Assembly (NCBI GenBank): GCA_965209235.1
Contig: OZ242382.1
Coordinates: 1,327,010 to 1,391,009 of the forward strand
DNA: 64,000 nucleotides
Source: Gammaproteobacteria bacterium
Lineage (GTDB): Bacteria > Pseudomonadota > Gammaproteobacteria > G965209235
Reading direction: 5' to 3'
Shown piece after piece: positions 1-9,613 of the stretch. The notes below the pieces were generated by a model that saw only the letters and a list, made by a program, of their open reading frames with translations, was not told the DNA's origin and did not search any database. A program made the translations under genes and the position numbers. Within the stretch, counting starts at the first letter, position 1. The number at the start of each line of letters is the position of its first letter.

Positions 1-1
1 G

Positions 2-721
2 GCTGCATCACCGGCTATCGCAGTAATGGAGCAAAGTCTGGCGTTTGATGCGGCATTTGTGTCGACGTGGCAGACGGAGGCCACGGGTGGTGAGAGCGCT
101 GTCATCTTGAATGGTGAGAAGCGATTGGTGGCGCGCAGCGGCTCATATTTAGTGTGTGCACGGCGCGGCAAAGAGGCGGTGATCGCGATGGTGTCTGCGA
201 CCGATCCTGGCGTCACGGTGACGGAAGATGGTGCCATGGGACTAGGCGCAATGAAGCCGCAGAAAGTCACACTTGACGGGGTCTCGGTGCCATCATCACG
301 CGTGGTTGCCATTGATGAAAACATTCTCGCATGGCGAATGAGGCTAGCGCACATTATGCTAGCTGTGGGGTGCGGTCAAGGTGTTATTGATTACGTTGTA
401 CCGTACTGTAATGAGCGCGTTGCGTTTGGCGAACCCATCAGTCACAAGCAGGCTGTGGCCTTTGCTGTGGCAGACGCCGCCACACATGTCGAAGTGGTTC
501 GGCTGTCAGCGCTTCGCGCGCTCGCCCGCATGAGCGCTGATGTCCCATGGGTGGAGCAAGCACGCCATGCTTGGCGCCTCGCCAAGGAGTATCTCCCTGC
601 GGTCGGATCAACCGGCGTGCAGGTGCTAGGTGGACACGGTTACACGCGGGAGCATCCCGTTGAGATGTGGTATCGCAACCTACGATCCGTTGGCTCGATT
701 GATGGAGTGGCCTGTCTATGA
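2..721 (+). CDS. acyl-CoA dehydrogenase family protein, 5'-truncated by window edge
   Basis: The frame is open from base 2. The product ends with the ACAD C-terminal pattern 'GGHGYTREHPVEMWYRNLRS'. Its stop overlaps the next ACAD start (ATGA at 718-721). Confidence 0.7.
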   Translation, partial: AASPAIAVMEQSLAFDAAFVSTWQTEATGGESAVILNGEKRLVARSGSYLVCARRGKEAVIAMVSATDPGVTVTEDGAMGLGAMKPQKVTLDGVSVPSSRVVAIDENILAWRMRLAHIMLAVGCGQGVIDYVVPYCNERVAFGEPISHKQAVAFAVADAATHVEVVRLSALRALARMSADVPWVEQARHAWRLAKEYLPAVGSTGVQVLGGHGYTREHPVEMWYRNLRSVGSIDGVACL

Positions 722-1902
722 ATGATCAACGCGCTGCGGTGTGGCTGGATCCACCGCCGTCTGTCGTCGAAAGCTCGAAGCTGGCTCGTGTGGCTGCAGA
801 ACAACTGTTTCGGCCGATCTCGCGTAAGTACGACAAAGCGGAGCACGAGGCTCCCATCGAGCTGGAGGTGATGCGCAATGTGGGAGGCGGCGGAAGCGGC
901 CGTTCGTCTGTGCGTTCCTTGCGTATGTTGTTGATGATTGAACAGTTGTGTTGGGGTGATGTGGGCTTGATGCTCGCTCGCCCCGGCCAAGGTCTTGGCA
1001 ACGCCGCCATCGGTGCCGTGGGCACGCCTGAGCAAAAAGAACAGTGGGGGCGCCGGTTCGCATCCATGGCCATCACCGAACCGCATGCGGGCTCTGATTC
1101 AAAAATGATCAGTACCCGAGCGGTGCGAGATGGCGATTCGTGGGTGCTCAACGGCGAGAAGATTTTTGTCACGGATGGCGATCGCTGCGATTGTGCTGTC
1201 GTATGGGCAACCGTGGATCCTGAGGCTGGGAAGGCGGGGATTCGTTCGTTCTTCGTTGAGAAAGGCACCCCAGGGTTTGCCGTGACCCGCTTGGAACGTA
1301 AGTTGGGCATCAAAGCGTCTGATACCGCCACGTTCGCGTTTACCGATTGCCGCATCCCGGCAGACAACCTCCTAGGCGGCGAACCAAAGCCACGCTCGGG
1401 CGATGGTAAGCGTTCGACGGGTGCGTTTGGTGGAGCGATGCAAACCTTCGACAACACCCGGCCGATTGTGTCTGCCATGGCCGTGGGAGTCGGGGCTGCC
1501 GCCGTGGACCTCGTTCGTGAGTTGCTAGTGAAAGCAAAGATCGACTTGTCCTGTGATCGCCCGGAGCACGAACTAAGCGCGCTAGCTCGCGACGTTGATG
1601 AGATGGAAGCCAAGGTTCAAGCCGCACGGTTGCTGACGCTGAAAGCCGGATGGCAGATGGACCAGAAGATGCCTAACTCGCTGGCCGCCTCAATGGCCAA
1701 AGCCTATGCGGGGCGCACGTGTACGGAGGTCGCGCTGCAGTGCTGTGAGATCGCGGGCGCGGCTGGTTACGGAGAAGAAGAGCTGCTGGAAAAAATTGCG
1801 CGTGATGTAAAGATTCTGGATATCTTTGAGGGAACACAACAGATTCAGCAGTTGATCATCGCTCGAACGTTGTTTGGATTGTCGTCGCGGGAACTGCGAT
1901 AA
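718..1902 (+). CDS. acyl-CoA dehydrogenase
   Basis: 394-aa ORF with ACAD motifs 'MAITEPHAGSDS' and 'ILDIFEGTQQIQQLIIAR'. Confidence 0.85.
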   Translation: MNDQRAAVWLDPPPSVVESSKLARVAAEQLFRPISRKYDKAEHEAPIELEVMRNVGGGGSGRSSVRSLRMLLMIEQLCWGDVGLMLARPGQGLGNAAIGAVGTPEQKEQWGRRFASMAITEPHAGSDSKMISTRAVRDGDSWVLNGEKIFVTDGDRCDCAVVWATVDPEAGKAGIRSFFVEKGTPGFAVTRLERKLGIKASDTATFAFTDCRIPADNLLGGEPKPRSGDGKRSTGAFGGAMQTFDNTRPIVSAMAVGVGAAAVDLVRELLVKAKIDLSCDRPEHELSALARDVDEMEAKVQAARLLTLKAGWQMDQKMPNSLAASMAKAYAGRTCTEVALQCCEIAGAAGYGEEELLEKIARDVKILDIFEGTQQIQQLIIARTLFGLSSRELR

Positions 1903-1969
1903 CGCGCCGCATATAAGAGGGGATCAGGTATTCGGTAGAATCGGCCACTTCTCATCGGCCCCGATTGCC

Positions 1970-3163
1970 ATGAATACACCAGTTATCGTCGATAGCGTTC
2001 GCACTGGCCTAGCCAAGTCGTTCCGCGGCGAATTCAACAACACAAGAGCAGACGAAATGACGGCTCACGTCGTCAAAGCGCTGCTGGAGCGTAACCCCGG
2101 ACTACCCGCGAGCGAGGTTGAAGACATCATCCTCGGTTGTGGTGCTCCCGAAGGTGCGCAGGGCCATAACATTGCGCGAAACGTCGCCGTGCTCGCCGGC
2201 CTTGACGTCTCCACCGGTGGCGTGACGATTAATCGTTACTGCTCATCTGGTCTTCAAAGCATTGCGATGGCTGCATCACAAATCATGGCAAACTGCTATG
2301 ACACCGTGATTGCCGGTGGTGTTGAGTCAATCTCAACCACACAAGGTAAAGCCAATACGCACATGTATGTGAACGAACGCCTCAAAGAGATGAAACCAGG
2401 GATTTATCATCCTATGGGCATCACTGCCGAGAAGGTTGCGAAGCGTTATAACGTCTCAAGAGCGTCTCAAGACGAGTACTCCCTCATGAGTCAGCAACGC
2501 ACAGCTAGCGCGCAGCAAGCAGGATTGTTCACGGATGAAATCATTCCGATGACAACACAGATGTACGTGCAGAACAAAGAAACGGGCGAGATCACGACGC
2601 AAGAAGCGACGCTCGACCGTGACACCTGTAACCGGCCTTCCACAACCCTCGAAGGACTGTCCTCACTCAAACCCGTGTTTGATGAAGAGAACGGATCCGT
2701 GACGGCAGGAAACTCCAGCCAGTTGTCTGATGGTGCATCAGTGACACTCGTCATGAGTGAGCAGAAGGCCAAAGATCTCGGTCTCAAGCCTCGCGCTTAC
2801 TTCCGCGGTTTCACGACCGTCGGTTGCGAGCCGGACGAAATGGGTATCGGTCCTGTGTTCTCCATCCCGAAACTTCTCGGCCGTGTGGGCTTGAAGGTTC
2901 AGGATGTAGACCTGTGGGAGCTGAACGAAGCGTTTGCGTCTCAAGTCTGCTACATCCGGGACGAACTCAAGTTGCCACAAGACCAACTGAACGTTAACGG
3001 CGGCTCCATTTCCATCGGTCACCCGTTTGGTATGACGGGATCACGTCAAGTGGGCCATCTCATTCGTGAGTTGCATCGCCAAGAGAAGAAGTTCGGTGTG
3101 GTGACCATGTGCGTCGGTGGCGGCATGGGCGCAACGGGCTTGTTCGAAGCGATCTACGACTGA
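1970..3163 (+). CDS. acetyl-CoA acyltransferase / 3-ketoacyl-CoA thiolase
   Basis: Thiolase motifs 'NRYCSSGLQ' (active Cys), 'NVNGGSISIGHPFGMTG' and 'CVGGGMG'. The start is moved to the internal ATG at 1970 ('MNTPVIVDSVRTG'), because the 1874 start overlaps the upstream gene. Confidence 0.88.
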   Translation: MNTPVIVDSVRTGLAKSFRGEFNNTRADEMTAHVVKALLERNPGLPASEVEDIILGCGAPEGAQGHNIARNVAVLAGLDVSTGGVTINRYCSSGLQSIAMAASQIMANCYDTVIAGGVESISTTQGKANTHMYVNERLKEMKPGIYHPMGITAEKVAKRYNVSRASQDEYSLMSQQRTASAQQAGLFTDEIIPMTTQMYVQNKETGEITTQEATLDRDTCNRPSTTLEGLSSLKPVFDEENGSVTAGNSSQLSDGASVTLVMSEQKAKDLGLKPRAYFRGFTTVGCEPDEMGIGPVFSIPKLLGRVGLKVQDVDLWELNEAFASQVCYIRDELKLPQDQLNVNGGSISIGHPFGMTGSRQVGHLIRELHRQEKKFGVVTMCVGGGMGATGLFEAIYD

Positions 3164-4607
3164 TCTGACGGCTTCAACTCCCCTGACGAAGATCACTGGC
3201 TCTTTCCATGAGTTGGGAGAGCCATATCGCGTTGGTGTGAAGCAAGAGCCGCTCCGAAAGGGGCGGCTCTTGCACGTCAACCACGCGCTCCTGCAGCATC
3301 TGCAAGTCACTGAGCAAGATACCGAACTTTGCTCCATCGCCAATGGCGACCATCAGCCTTCATGGGTGACGCCCATTGCCACCGTGTACTCAGGCCATCA
3401 ATTTGGCGTATGGGCCGGTCAACTCGGTGATGGCCGGGCGACATGTCTTTCCTCTCCTGTGTCGGAGACTGGTACGTGGGATCTGTGTGCGAAAGGAAGC
3501 GGCCGGACGCCGTACTCCAGGTGGGCAGATGGCAAAGCTGTCTTGCGGTCAACGGTGCGCGAATACGTCGCGCAGGAAGCGATGCACGCACTGGGGGTGC
3601 CTACCTGGCGAAGCGGACTGCTGCTGACATCTTCTGAGTTCGCGCAGCGCGAAGCCGGTCCTGAGCGGTGTGCCTTGCTCTGGAGGGCCGGACGATCAAT
3701 GTTGCGCGTCGGCCACATCGAACACCATGCGCGCGAAGATTCCCAACGGCTCCCTGTATTACTGGCACACTTGTGTCATCGCCTGTGGAACGAACACGTT
3801 GACCCCGGCGAGGTTCCGGTGGATGATGTGTTGATTGATGTTGTTGAGCGCAACGCTCGGATGTGCGCCCGGTGGCAAGTGTTGGGGTTTACACATGGCG
3901 TGCTGAATACTGACAACATCTCATTGACAGGCGAGACGATTGATTACGGCCCATTTGGCATGATGGCCACATTTGTCAACGGATACGTGCCCAATACTTC
4001 GGACACAGAGGGCCGGTATGCCTTTGGCCGTCAACCGTCCATCATTCGCGACAATTGCGGGGTGTTATTGAGTCACATCCTGGCCGCATACCCCAAGTGT
4101 AATGCGCAGGAAGCTATTGATCGCTTTCAGTCAACATACGTCGCGGAATACATGCGCGGCATGGGGGCGCGTGTGGGGCTTCACAACGCGGGAGCTGAGC
4201 ACTGGCCATTGGTGCGGGATCTCTTGAAGTTACTCGAATCACAAAAGATGGATTACGATGACGCCATGAGAAGTCTCGCGCCGCAACAGCGCGACTCGGT
4301 GTTACCTACACAGCAGTTGGATGCTTTGGACAGTCAGGATGCTCGTCAATGGCTGATAGAGTGGCGCGCAACGCTAGCGCAGCAGGGACTGTCAGAAGAG
4401 GAAGCCGGTGAGACCATCACTCGGTCCGTTCCTCGATGTACTCCGCGAACCGCCGTCCTAGATCTGCTGATCGATGCGGCAGAACGTGAAGATGTGCCGG
4501 CGTTTCACGCCCTGTTTCAGCAGATGATTCACCCGTTTGATCGGCCATCAGCGGATGTTCAGCGCGCGATGCGGGCCTCCCATGCACCGTTGAGTTGCTC
4601 GTCATGA
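3117..4607 (+). CDS. selO: SelO/YdiU-family protein adenylyl(UMP)transferase (UPF0061)
   Basis: Motifs 'YSGHQFGVWAGQLGDGRA' and 'GVLNTDNISLTGETIDYGPFGMM'. The true start is probably a non-ATG codon slightly downstream of 3117, which overlaps the thiolase end. Confidence 0.8.
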   Translation: MAAWAQRACSKRSTTDLTASTPLTKITGSFHELGEPYRVGVKQEPLRKGRLLHVNHALLQHLQVTEQDTELCSIANGDHQPSWVTPIATVYSGHQFGVWAGQLGDGRATCLSSPVSETGTWDLCAKGSGRTPYSRWADGKAVLRSTVREYVAQEAMHALGVPTWRSGLLLTSSEFAQREAGPERCALLWRAGRSMLRVGHIEHHAREDSQRLPVLLAHLCHRLWNEHVDPGEVPVDDVLIDVVERNARMCARWQVLGFTHGVLNTDNISLTGETIDYGPFGMMATFVNGYVPNTSDTEGRYAFGRQPSIIRDNCGVLLSHILAAYPKCNAQEAIDRFQSTYVAEYMRGMGARVGLHNAGAEHWPLVRDLLKLLESQKMDYDDAMRSLAPQQRDSVLPTQQLDALDSQDARQWLIEWRATLAQQGLSEEEAGETITRSVPRCTPRTAVLDLLIDAAEREDVPAFHALFQQMIHPFDRPSADVQRAMRASHAPLSCSS

Positions 4608-5536
4608 CGGACGTTCTCACGGAAGATCGTCTTGTTGAAGAGATGACCCGCATCATTGATACGGCCGTTAACGACTGCATCGTGGTGGGCCCAGGTGATG
4701 ATGGGTGTGTCGTGTACCCACCGCCCGGCCATCCTATCGTGTCATCGATTGACCAGCACATCGACAACGTCCACTTTCCTTTGGATGTGGGCGGGGGGCG
4801 AGCTTTTGCCAAGCGTGCCATGGCTGCTGCCTTAAGCGATCTCGCGGCGATGGGCGCAACGCCACTGTGGGCACTTGTCGCGGCAACACTTCCAAAGGCG
4901 CGATTGGGTGCATGTGCGCGGGACATCGCGATGGGTTTGCGCGATGCTGCAAAGGCGTGGGACTGCCCCATTGCCGGCGGTGATATCGCCAAAACTGACG
5001 GACCAGCATCCCTGCATATCAGCGTTCACGGATATACGTCAGTCAAGCCGCTGCTCAGACGAGGCGCCGTGACAGGAGACGACATTTGGGTGTCTCATGA
5101 GTTAGGCGGCGCGCTGTTGGGGCGAGAGCAGCTTCTGGGGACTACTAGCTACCGCGATCACGACTGGCGTCACCGTTACCTCGAACCCGTCCCAGAGATT
5201 GCCTTAGGGCGCGCTTTGGCATCGTTGGCGCATTCGGCCATGGATATCTCTGATGGATTGGCTTCAGATCTGCCGCGCATGTGCCGGATGTCGGATGTTG
5301 GTGCACGTATTGAAGTCAACTTGATCCCAGTAGTAGCGGGGTTGTCACCGCAAGACGTCGTGGCTCAAGCATCTGATGACTACAAGTTGCTGTTTACCGC
5401 GCCGCAGGCATCTCGCAATCCCATTCATCGCGTGTGCAAGGAAGCAAGACGTATTGGTATCTGCACGAGTGATCTCGCGATCCAGTGGTTGGGTATGAGC
5501 GAACCGCCCAAGGGTTTTGACCACATCCAATCATGA
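4604..5536 (+). CDS. thiL: thiamine-monophosphate kinase
   Basis: Motifs 'GDDGCVV' and 'AMDISDGLASDL'. The ATG at 4604 forms an ATGA overlap with the selO stop. Confidence 0.85.
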   Translation: MTDVLTEDRLVEEMTRIIDTAVNDCIVVGPGDDGCVVYPPPGHPIVSSIDQHIDNVHFPLDVGGGRAFAKRAMAAALSDLAAMGATPLWALVAATLPKARLGACARDIAMGLRDAAKAWDCPIAGGDIAKTDGPASLHISVHGYTSVKPLLRRGAVTGDDIWVSHELGGALLGREQLLGTTSYRDHDWRHRYLEPVPEIALGRALASLAHSAMDISDGLASDLPRMCRMSDVGARIEVNLIPVVAGLSPQDVVAQASDDYKLLFTAPQASRNPIHRVCKEARRIGICTSDLAIQWLGMSEPPKGFDHIQS

Positions 5537-6003
5537 CGAAATACGATCCGTACCGCCTCTGGACATCTTTCTTCGGATCGGGCTACGCGCCTTTTGCACC
5601 CGGCACTGCGGGGTCGTTGGCGTCGGTCCCGCTTGGCATCTTGATTGGGATGGTGCCCGTCCCATTGGGTCTGGTGGTTTTAGCGTTGTATGGCGCAATG
5701 AGCCTGTACTGCGTCTCGCGAGTCAGCGCTGCGCTCGCCGAGCACGACTCAAAGGAAATCGTGTGCGACGAGGTGTTGGGTGTGCTGATGCTCGGCGTGG
5801 CACTCGGGGAACCTCGGTTGTCGCTCGACTATGTGCTGGGCTGGGTGTTCGCCATGACGATGTTTCGCGTTTTTGATGCGCTCAAGCCGCAACCGATCAA
5901 AGCTATCGACACGCATGTGAAGGGTGCGTGGGGGGTCATGTTGGACGATGTAGCTGCCGCAGCCATCCCGTGTGCGGCGATTATTGTTTTCACTTTGCCA
6001 TGA
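5533..6003 (+). CDS. pgpA: phosphatidylglycerophosphatase A
   Basis: 156-aa membrane protein with 'FFGSGYAPFAPGTAGSL' and 'DEVLG...FRVFDALKP'. It sits in the thiL-pgpA synteny and has an ATGA overlap with thiL. Confidence 0.85.
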   Translation: MTKYDPYRLWTSFFGSGYAPFAPGTAGSLASVPLGILIGMVPVPLGLVVLALYGAMSLYCVSRVSAALAEHDSKEIVCDEVLGVLMLGVALGEPRLSLDYVLGWVFAMTMFRVFDALKPQPIKAIDTHVKGAWGVMLDDVAAAAIPCAAIIVFTLP

Positions 6004-6033
6004 CCGAGGCCGTTGTCAAGATAATTCATTAAC

Positions 6034-6639
6034 GTGATTACATCACCACTAATGAACCGAGCAGCGTCAGCCACATTGCCACTCCGAGGCCATGTCTTCG
6101 ATATCCATGTCTTCACAGATGGTGAACAGGAGCACGTGGCTCTTTGCCTCGGTGGTATCGAAGCCACCGATTCGTCGAAAGCACCCTTAGTGCGCGTGCA
6201 CTCTAAGTGCCTCACGGGCGACGCATTCGGTAGCACGAAATGCGATTGCCAAGGCCAACTGAATGCGTCGCTCGCGCGCATTGCCGAGGAACAGTGCGGC
6301 GTTTTAGTCTATTTAGACCAAGAAGGGCGCGGGATTGGTCTCGTTGAGAAGATTAAGGCGTATGCGCTTCAAGATCAGGGGATGGATACGGATGAAGCCA
6401 ACGTGGCACTGGGACACAAAGTTGATGAACGGACGTTTGCAGTGGCAGGCAACATCTTGAAGGCGCTCAAGGTGTCTCGAGTCCGTCTTCTGACCAACAA
6501 CCCGTCCAAAGTGAGAGATGTGGAGAGTGCTGGGATTACGGTCGAGTCGCGAGAAGAGCTGTGGGTCGAGATCGGAACCGAAGAAGGTAAGAAATACGCG
6601 GAAATTAAACGTTCACGAATGGGGCATTTGGGCGCGTAA
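6034..6639 (+). CDS. ribA: GTP cyclohydrolase II
   Basis: Motifs 'VRVHSKCLTGDAFGSTKCDCQGQL' and 'EGRGIGLVEKIKAYALQDQG'; C-terminal 'MGHL'. Confidence 0.9.
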   Translation: MITSPLMNRAASATLPLRGHVFDIHVFTDGEQEHVALCLGGIEATDSSKAPLVRVHSKCLTGDAFGSTKCDCQGQLNASLARIAEEQCGVLVYLDQEGRGIGLVEKIKAYALQDQGMDTDEANVALGHKVDERTFAVAGNILKALKVSRVRLLTNNPSKVRDVESAGITVESREELWVEIGTEEGKKYAEIKRSRMGHLGA

Positions 6640-8506
6640 TCGCTTGCTGAAAGGCTTCGGTGATTGCGGTTTCATCGAGGCCTGATTGCTTGAGCTGAAA
6701 GTCGCGCGACCCGTGCGGGATGATCGCGTCAGGGATGCCGAAACGGATCAGGCGCGGAACAGCATGCCCTTGGCCTGCAAGGTCAGCATAAAACTCAAGA
6801 ACAGCGGACCCAGCGCCTCCGCTAGCGATGCCGTCCTCCAGTGTTCCAACGATGGGGCACGTTCCTGCGATCTCTGTCAGCAGACTTTCGTCCAGTGGTT
6901 TCACGAATCGCATGTCTACCAACCCTGAACCAGTCGCTTCTGCGACTTTATCCGCCGTTTGAAGCAGCGTTCCAAAGTTCAAAAGACAGGGTTGTCCCGG
7001 GCTAGGCATGCGAACGACGCGCGCTTCGCCTTGCTTCATAGGGGTGACAGCACCTGTTTGGGCATGCGCCTCTCCTCTTGGATAACGAACGGCAATGACG
7101 CCGTCTCCATCCACCGCATATTCCAACGCTTGAATGAGTTCTTCGCGAGATGAGGGGGCCAAAATCTCGATGTCTGGCAAGACACGAAGCGTCGCCATGT
7201 CGTAGAGTCCGTGGTGCGTCGGGCCATCCTCGCCAACCAAACCACCGCGATCGATGGCAAGGACCAAGCGTGCCCGTTGAAGGGCCGCGTCATGAACCAC
7301 TTGATCGTACGCCCGTTGCATGAATGTGGAGTAGATTGCCACGATCGGGGTGCGGCCCCCGATGCCCATAGCTGCCCCCAACGTGACGGCATGCTGTTCA
7401 GCAATGGCGACATCATGAGCGCGAGTGGGATGCTTCTGAAAGTACTCAAGCAGACCAGATCCCTCACACATCGCAGGTGTGATGACTTCAATAGTAGGAT
7501 CGTGATTTGCGCGTTCGGTTACCCATGAACCAAAGACCGATGAGTAGGTCGGCTGGGTTACCGGTTTGCTCTTTTGAGCTTTGGGAATCGCGTGGTGCGT
7601 GATGCGCTCTGCTTCCGCGGACGCAAACCCCTTGCCCTTATGGGTGATGCAATGCACAAGCCACGGGCCCGATCGTTCATGAACCGCTCGCATGGTCTGC
7701 ATGACTTGTGCCACGTCATGGCCATCGATGGGACCGACATAGCGAATGCCCATCTCTTCAAACAGCGCGCCAGGCACGGTGTGTTTGCGCACAGTTCGTC
7801 CCACTTGACGGGCGAAGTGCAGTCCCCGAGGGAGGTGCTCAAGCACGTGTTTACCGCCGGAGCGCAGGGTCATGTAAGACTTACTGGCCCAGATTCGCGC
7901 AAAGTAGTTGGTTAATGCGCCGATGTTGTGGCTAATCGACATATCGTTGTCGTTCAGGACGATCACCATGGGCAGTTTGACGTGACCGATGTGATTGAGG
8001 GCTTCGAAAGCCATACCGGCGGTGATGCCTCCGTCGCCGATGATGGCGCAGACGCGGCGCTCTTCTTTGGCAGCGCGCGCGGCATACGCCAACCCAATGG
8101 CGGCACTAATAGAGGTCGAGGAGTGGCCCGCGCCAAATACGTCGTATTCGCTTTCCTCTCGCAGCAAGAAGGGTGCGGGCCCGTCTGCCGACCGGATGGA
8201 TGGCATGGCCTCTCTGCGCCCTGTTAAGACTTTGTGAGGGTAGGCTTGATGCCCGACATCCCAGACCAACAGATCGTTGGGCGTGTCGAAGGTGGCATGT
8301 AACGCCACCGTCAGTTCGACGGTCCCAAGGTTACTACCGAAGTGGCCGCCTGACCGATTAGTTGACCACAGTAAAAAGGCCCGTAACTCATCGCAAAGCA
8401 CTTCTAAATGGTCGTCATCCAACGCGCGCAAGTCATGTGGGCTGTTGATCGTATCCAAAAGTGGTGTGTGCGGGCGCTCGTGCGGGAGCTCGTGATAGAT
8501 CTTCAT
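6605..8506 (-). CDS. dxs: 1-deoxy-D-xylulose-5-phosphate synthase
   Basis: N-terminal 'LLDTINSPHDLR' and ThDP motif 'IIGDGGITAGMAFEALN'. The start is set at the internal ATG at 8506, which forms a TAATG 1-nt overlap with the ispA stop. Confidence 0.92.
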   Translation of the reverse strand: MKIYHELPHERPHTPLLDTINSPHDLRALDDDHLEVLCDELRAFLLWSTNRSGGHFGSNLGTVELTVALHATFDTPNDLLVWDVGHQAYPHKVLTGRREAMPSIRSADGPAPFLLREESEYDVFGAGHSSTSISAAIGLAYAARAAKEERRVCAIIGDGGITAGMAFEALNHIGHVKLPMVIVLNDNDMSISHNIGALTNYFARIWASKSYMTLRSGGKHVLEHLPRGLHFARQVGRTVRKHTVPGALFEEMGIRYVGPIDGHDVAQVMQTMRAVHERSGPWLVHCITHKGKGFASAEAERITHHAIPKAQKSKPVTQPTYSSVFGSWVTERANHDPTIEVITPAMCEGSGLLEYFQKHPTRAHDVAIAEQHAVTLGAAMGIGGRTPIVAIYSTFMQRAYDQVVHDAALQRARLVLAIDRGGLVGEDGPTHHGLYDMATLRVLPDIEILAPSSREELIQALEYAVDGDGVIAVRYPRGEAHAQTGAVTPMKQGEARVVRMPSPGQPCLLNFGTLLQTADKVAEATGSGLVDMRFVKPLDESLLTEIAGTCPIVGTLEDGIASGGAGSAVLEFYADLAGQGHAVPRLIRFGIPDAIIPHGSRDFQLKQSGLDETAITEAFQQAITRPNAPFVNV

Positions 8507-9363
8507 TAGAAGGCGCGATATGCCATCGTCTGACCGACGACATTCAACAACTGCGCGGCGTCTCCCAAAGGTTTGAGCAAGGTGGTGGCTTGTTGCCACA
8601 GATTGGCCACACGTTGCTCGGCCTCCTCGCGCCCAAAGACGTGCGGATATGACAATACGGAAGCATGTTGATCTTCCGCGTAATCCAGCAAGTCATCACG
8701 AATTTGAAAGGCAATGCCGATCAGCTTGCCGTACTGTTTGAGGTTCGTTTCCGCAGCATGTGGTTTGTCGGCATCGAGAGCGCCCAACCGGATTGAGGCC
8801 AAAAACAAGGCGCCTGTTTTCAGGGAGTGAACCCGTTCGATGTGCGCCAGCGAGGTCTCTTGCCTTTTTACGTACTGTTGTTCAAGTGATTGGCCGAGTA
8901 CCATCCCATGTGGTCCGCACACTTCCGCCAAAAGCGCGACTGCTTCGATCTTGTGCTGAGGCGAGTGCTTTCCACCTAAGATCACTGCAAAGGCGTGAGA
9001 GAGCAGGGCATCACCCGCCAGAATGGCGGTTGCCTCATCCCACTGGCGGTGAACCGTCGGTTTGCCATGCCGGACATCGTCATCGTCCATGGCTGGGAGG
9101 TCGTCGTGAACGAGTGAGTAGGCGTGGACAAACTCAACGGCTACAGCGCATCGGCGCAGCCAGTCCTGATCGGTGTTCCCAACGGCTTGTCCAGCCGCAA
9201 TGACCAACTGACCGCGCAGGCGCTTCCCACCGCACGAGGCGTGGCGCATCGCGTCATGCAGGTCGCAGCCATTGGGGGGCAGGGCATCTTCAACCCATCG
9301 GTCAATCTCGCGTTTCAGTTCCAGTAGCTGAATCGCGGGATTGCCGCTCTCAAGCGTCGTCAA
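8506..9363 (-). CDS. ispA: (2E,6E)-farnesyl diphosphate synthase
   Basis: Two Asp-rich motifs, 'LVHDDLPAMDDDDVRHG' and 'FQIRDDLLD'; xseB-ispA-dxs synteny. Confidence 0.9.
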   Translation of the reverse strand: MTTLESGNPAIQLLELKREIDRWVEDALPPNGCDLHDAMRHASCGGKRLRGQLVIAAGQAVGNTDQDWLRRCAVAVEFVHAYSLVHDDLPAMDDDDVRHGKPTVHRQWDEATAILAGDALLSHAFAVILGGKHSPQHKIEAVALLAEVCGPHGMVLGQSLEQQYVKRQETSLAHIERVHSLKTGALFLASIRLGALDADKPHAAETNLKQYGKLIGIAFQIRDDLLDYAEDQHASVLSYPHVFGREEAEQRVANLWQQATTLLKPLGDAAQLLNVVGQTMAYRAF

Positions 9364-9613
9364 TCTGGCGCTTGATCTTGTCGATACGTTGCTCAGCGTT
9401 ATTCAGTAAGTCCCGAGCTGATGACAGCAGGCGCTCGCCTTTTTCGTAGGACTGAACAGCCTGTTCAAGCGACAGCTCATTGGTTGATAGGGAATCCACC
9501 ACCGTCTCAAGCTCCTTCAGAACTTCTTCGAAGGCTTGTTGGGGAAGTACCGGTTTATCGTCATTCTTTGGCTGCGAATCCGAATCAGACACGTACGCTC
9601 TCAGTGCAGTCAA
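9350..9613 (-). CDS. xseB: exodeoxyribonuclease VII small subunit
   Basis: Motif 'FEEVLKELETVVDSLSTNELSLEQAVQSYEKGERL'. The start is ambiguous: TTG at 9613 or GTG at 9592. Confidence 0.85.
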   Translation of the reverse strand: MTALRAYVSDSDSQPKNDDKPVLPQQAFEEVLKELETVVDSLSTNELSLEQAVQSYEKGERLLSSARDLLNNAEQRIDKIKRQIDDA

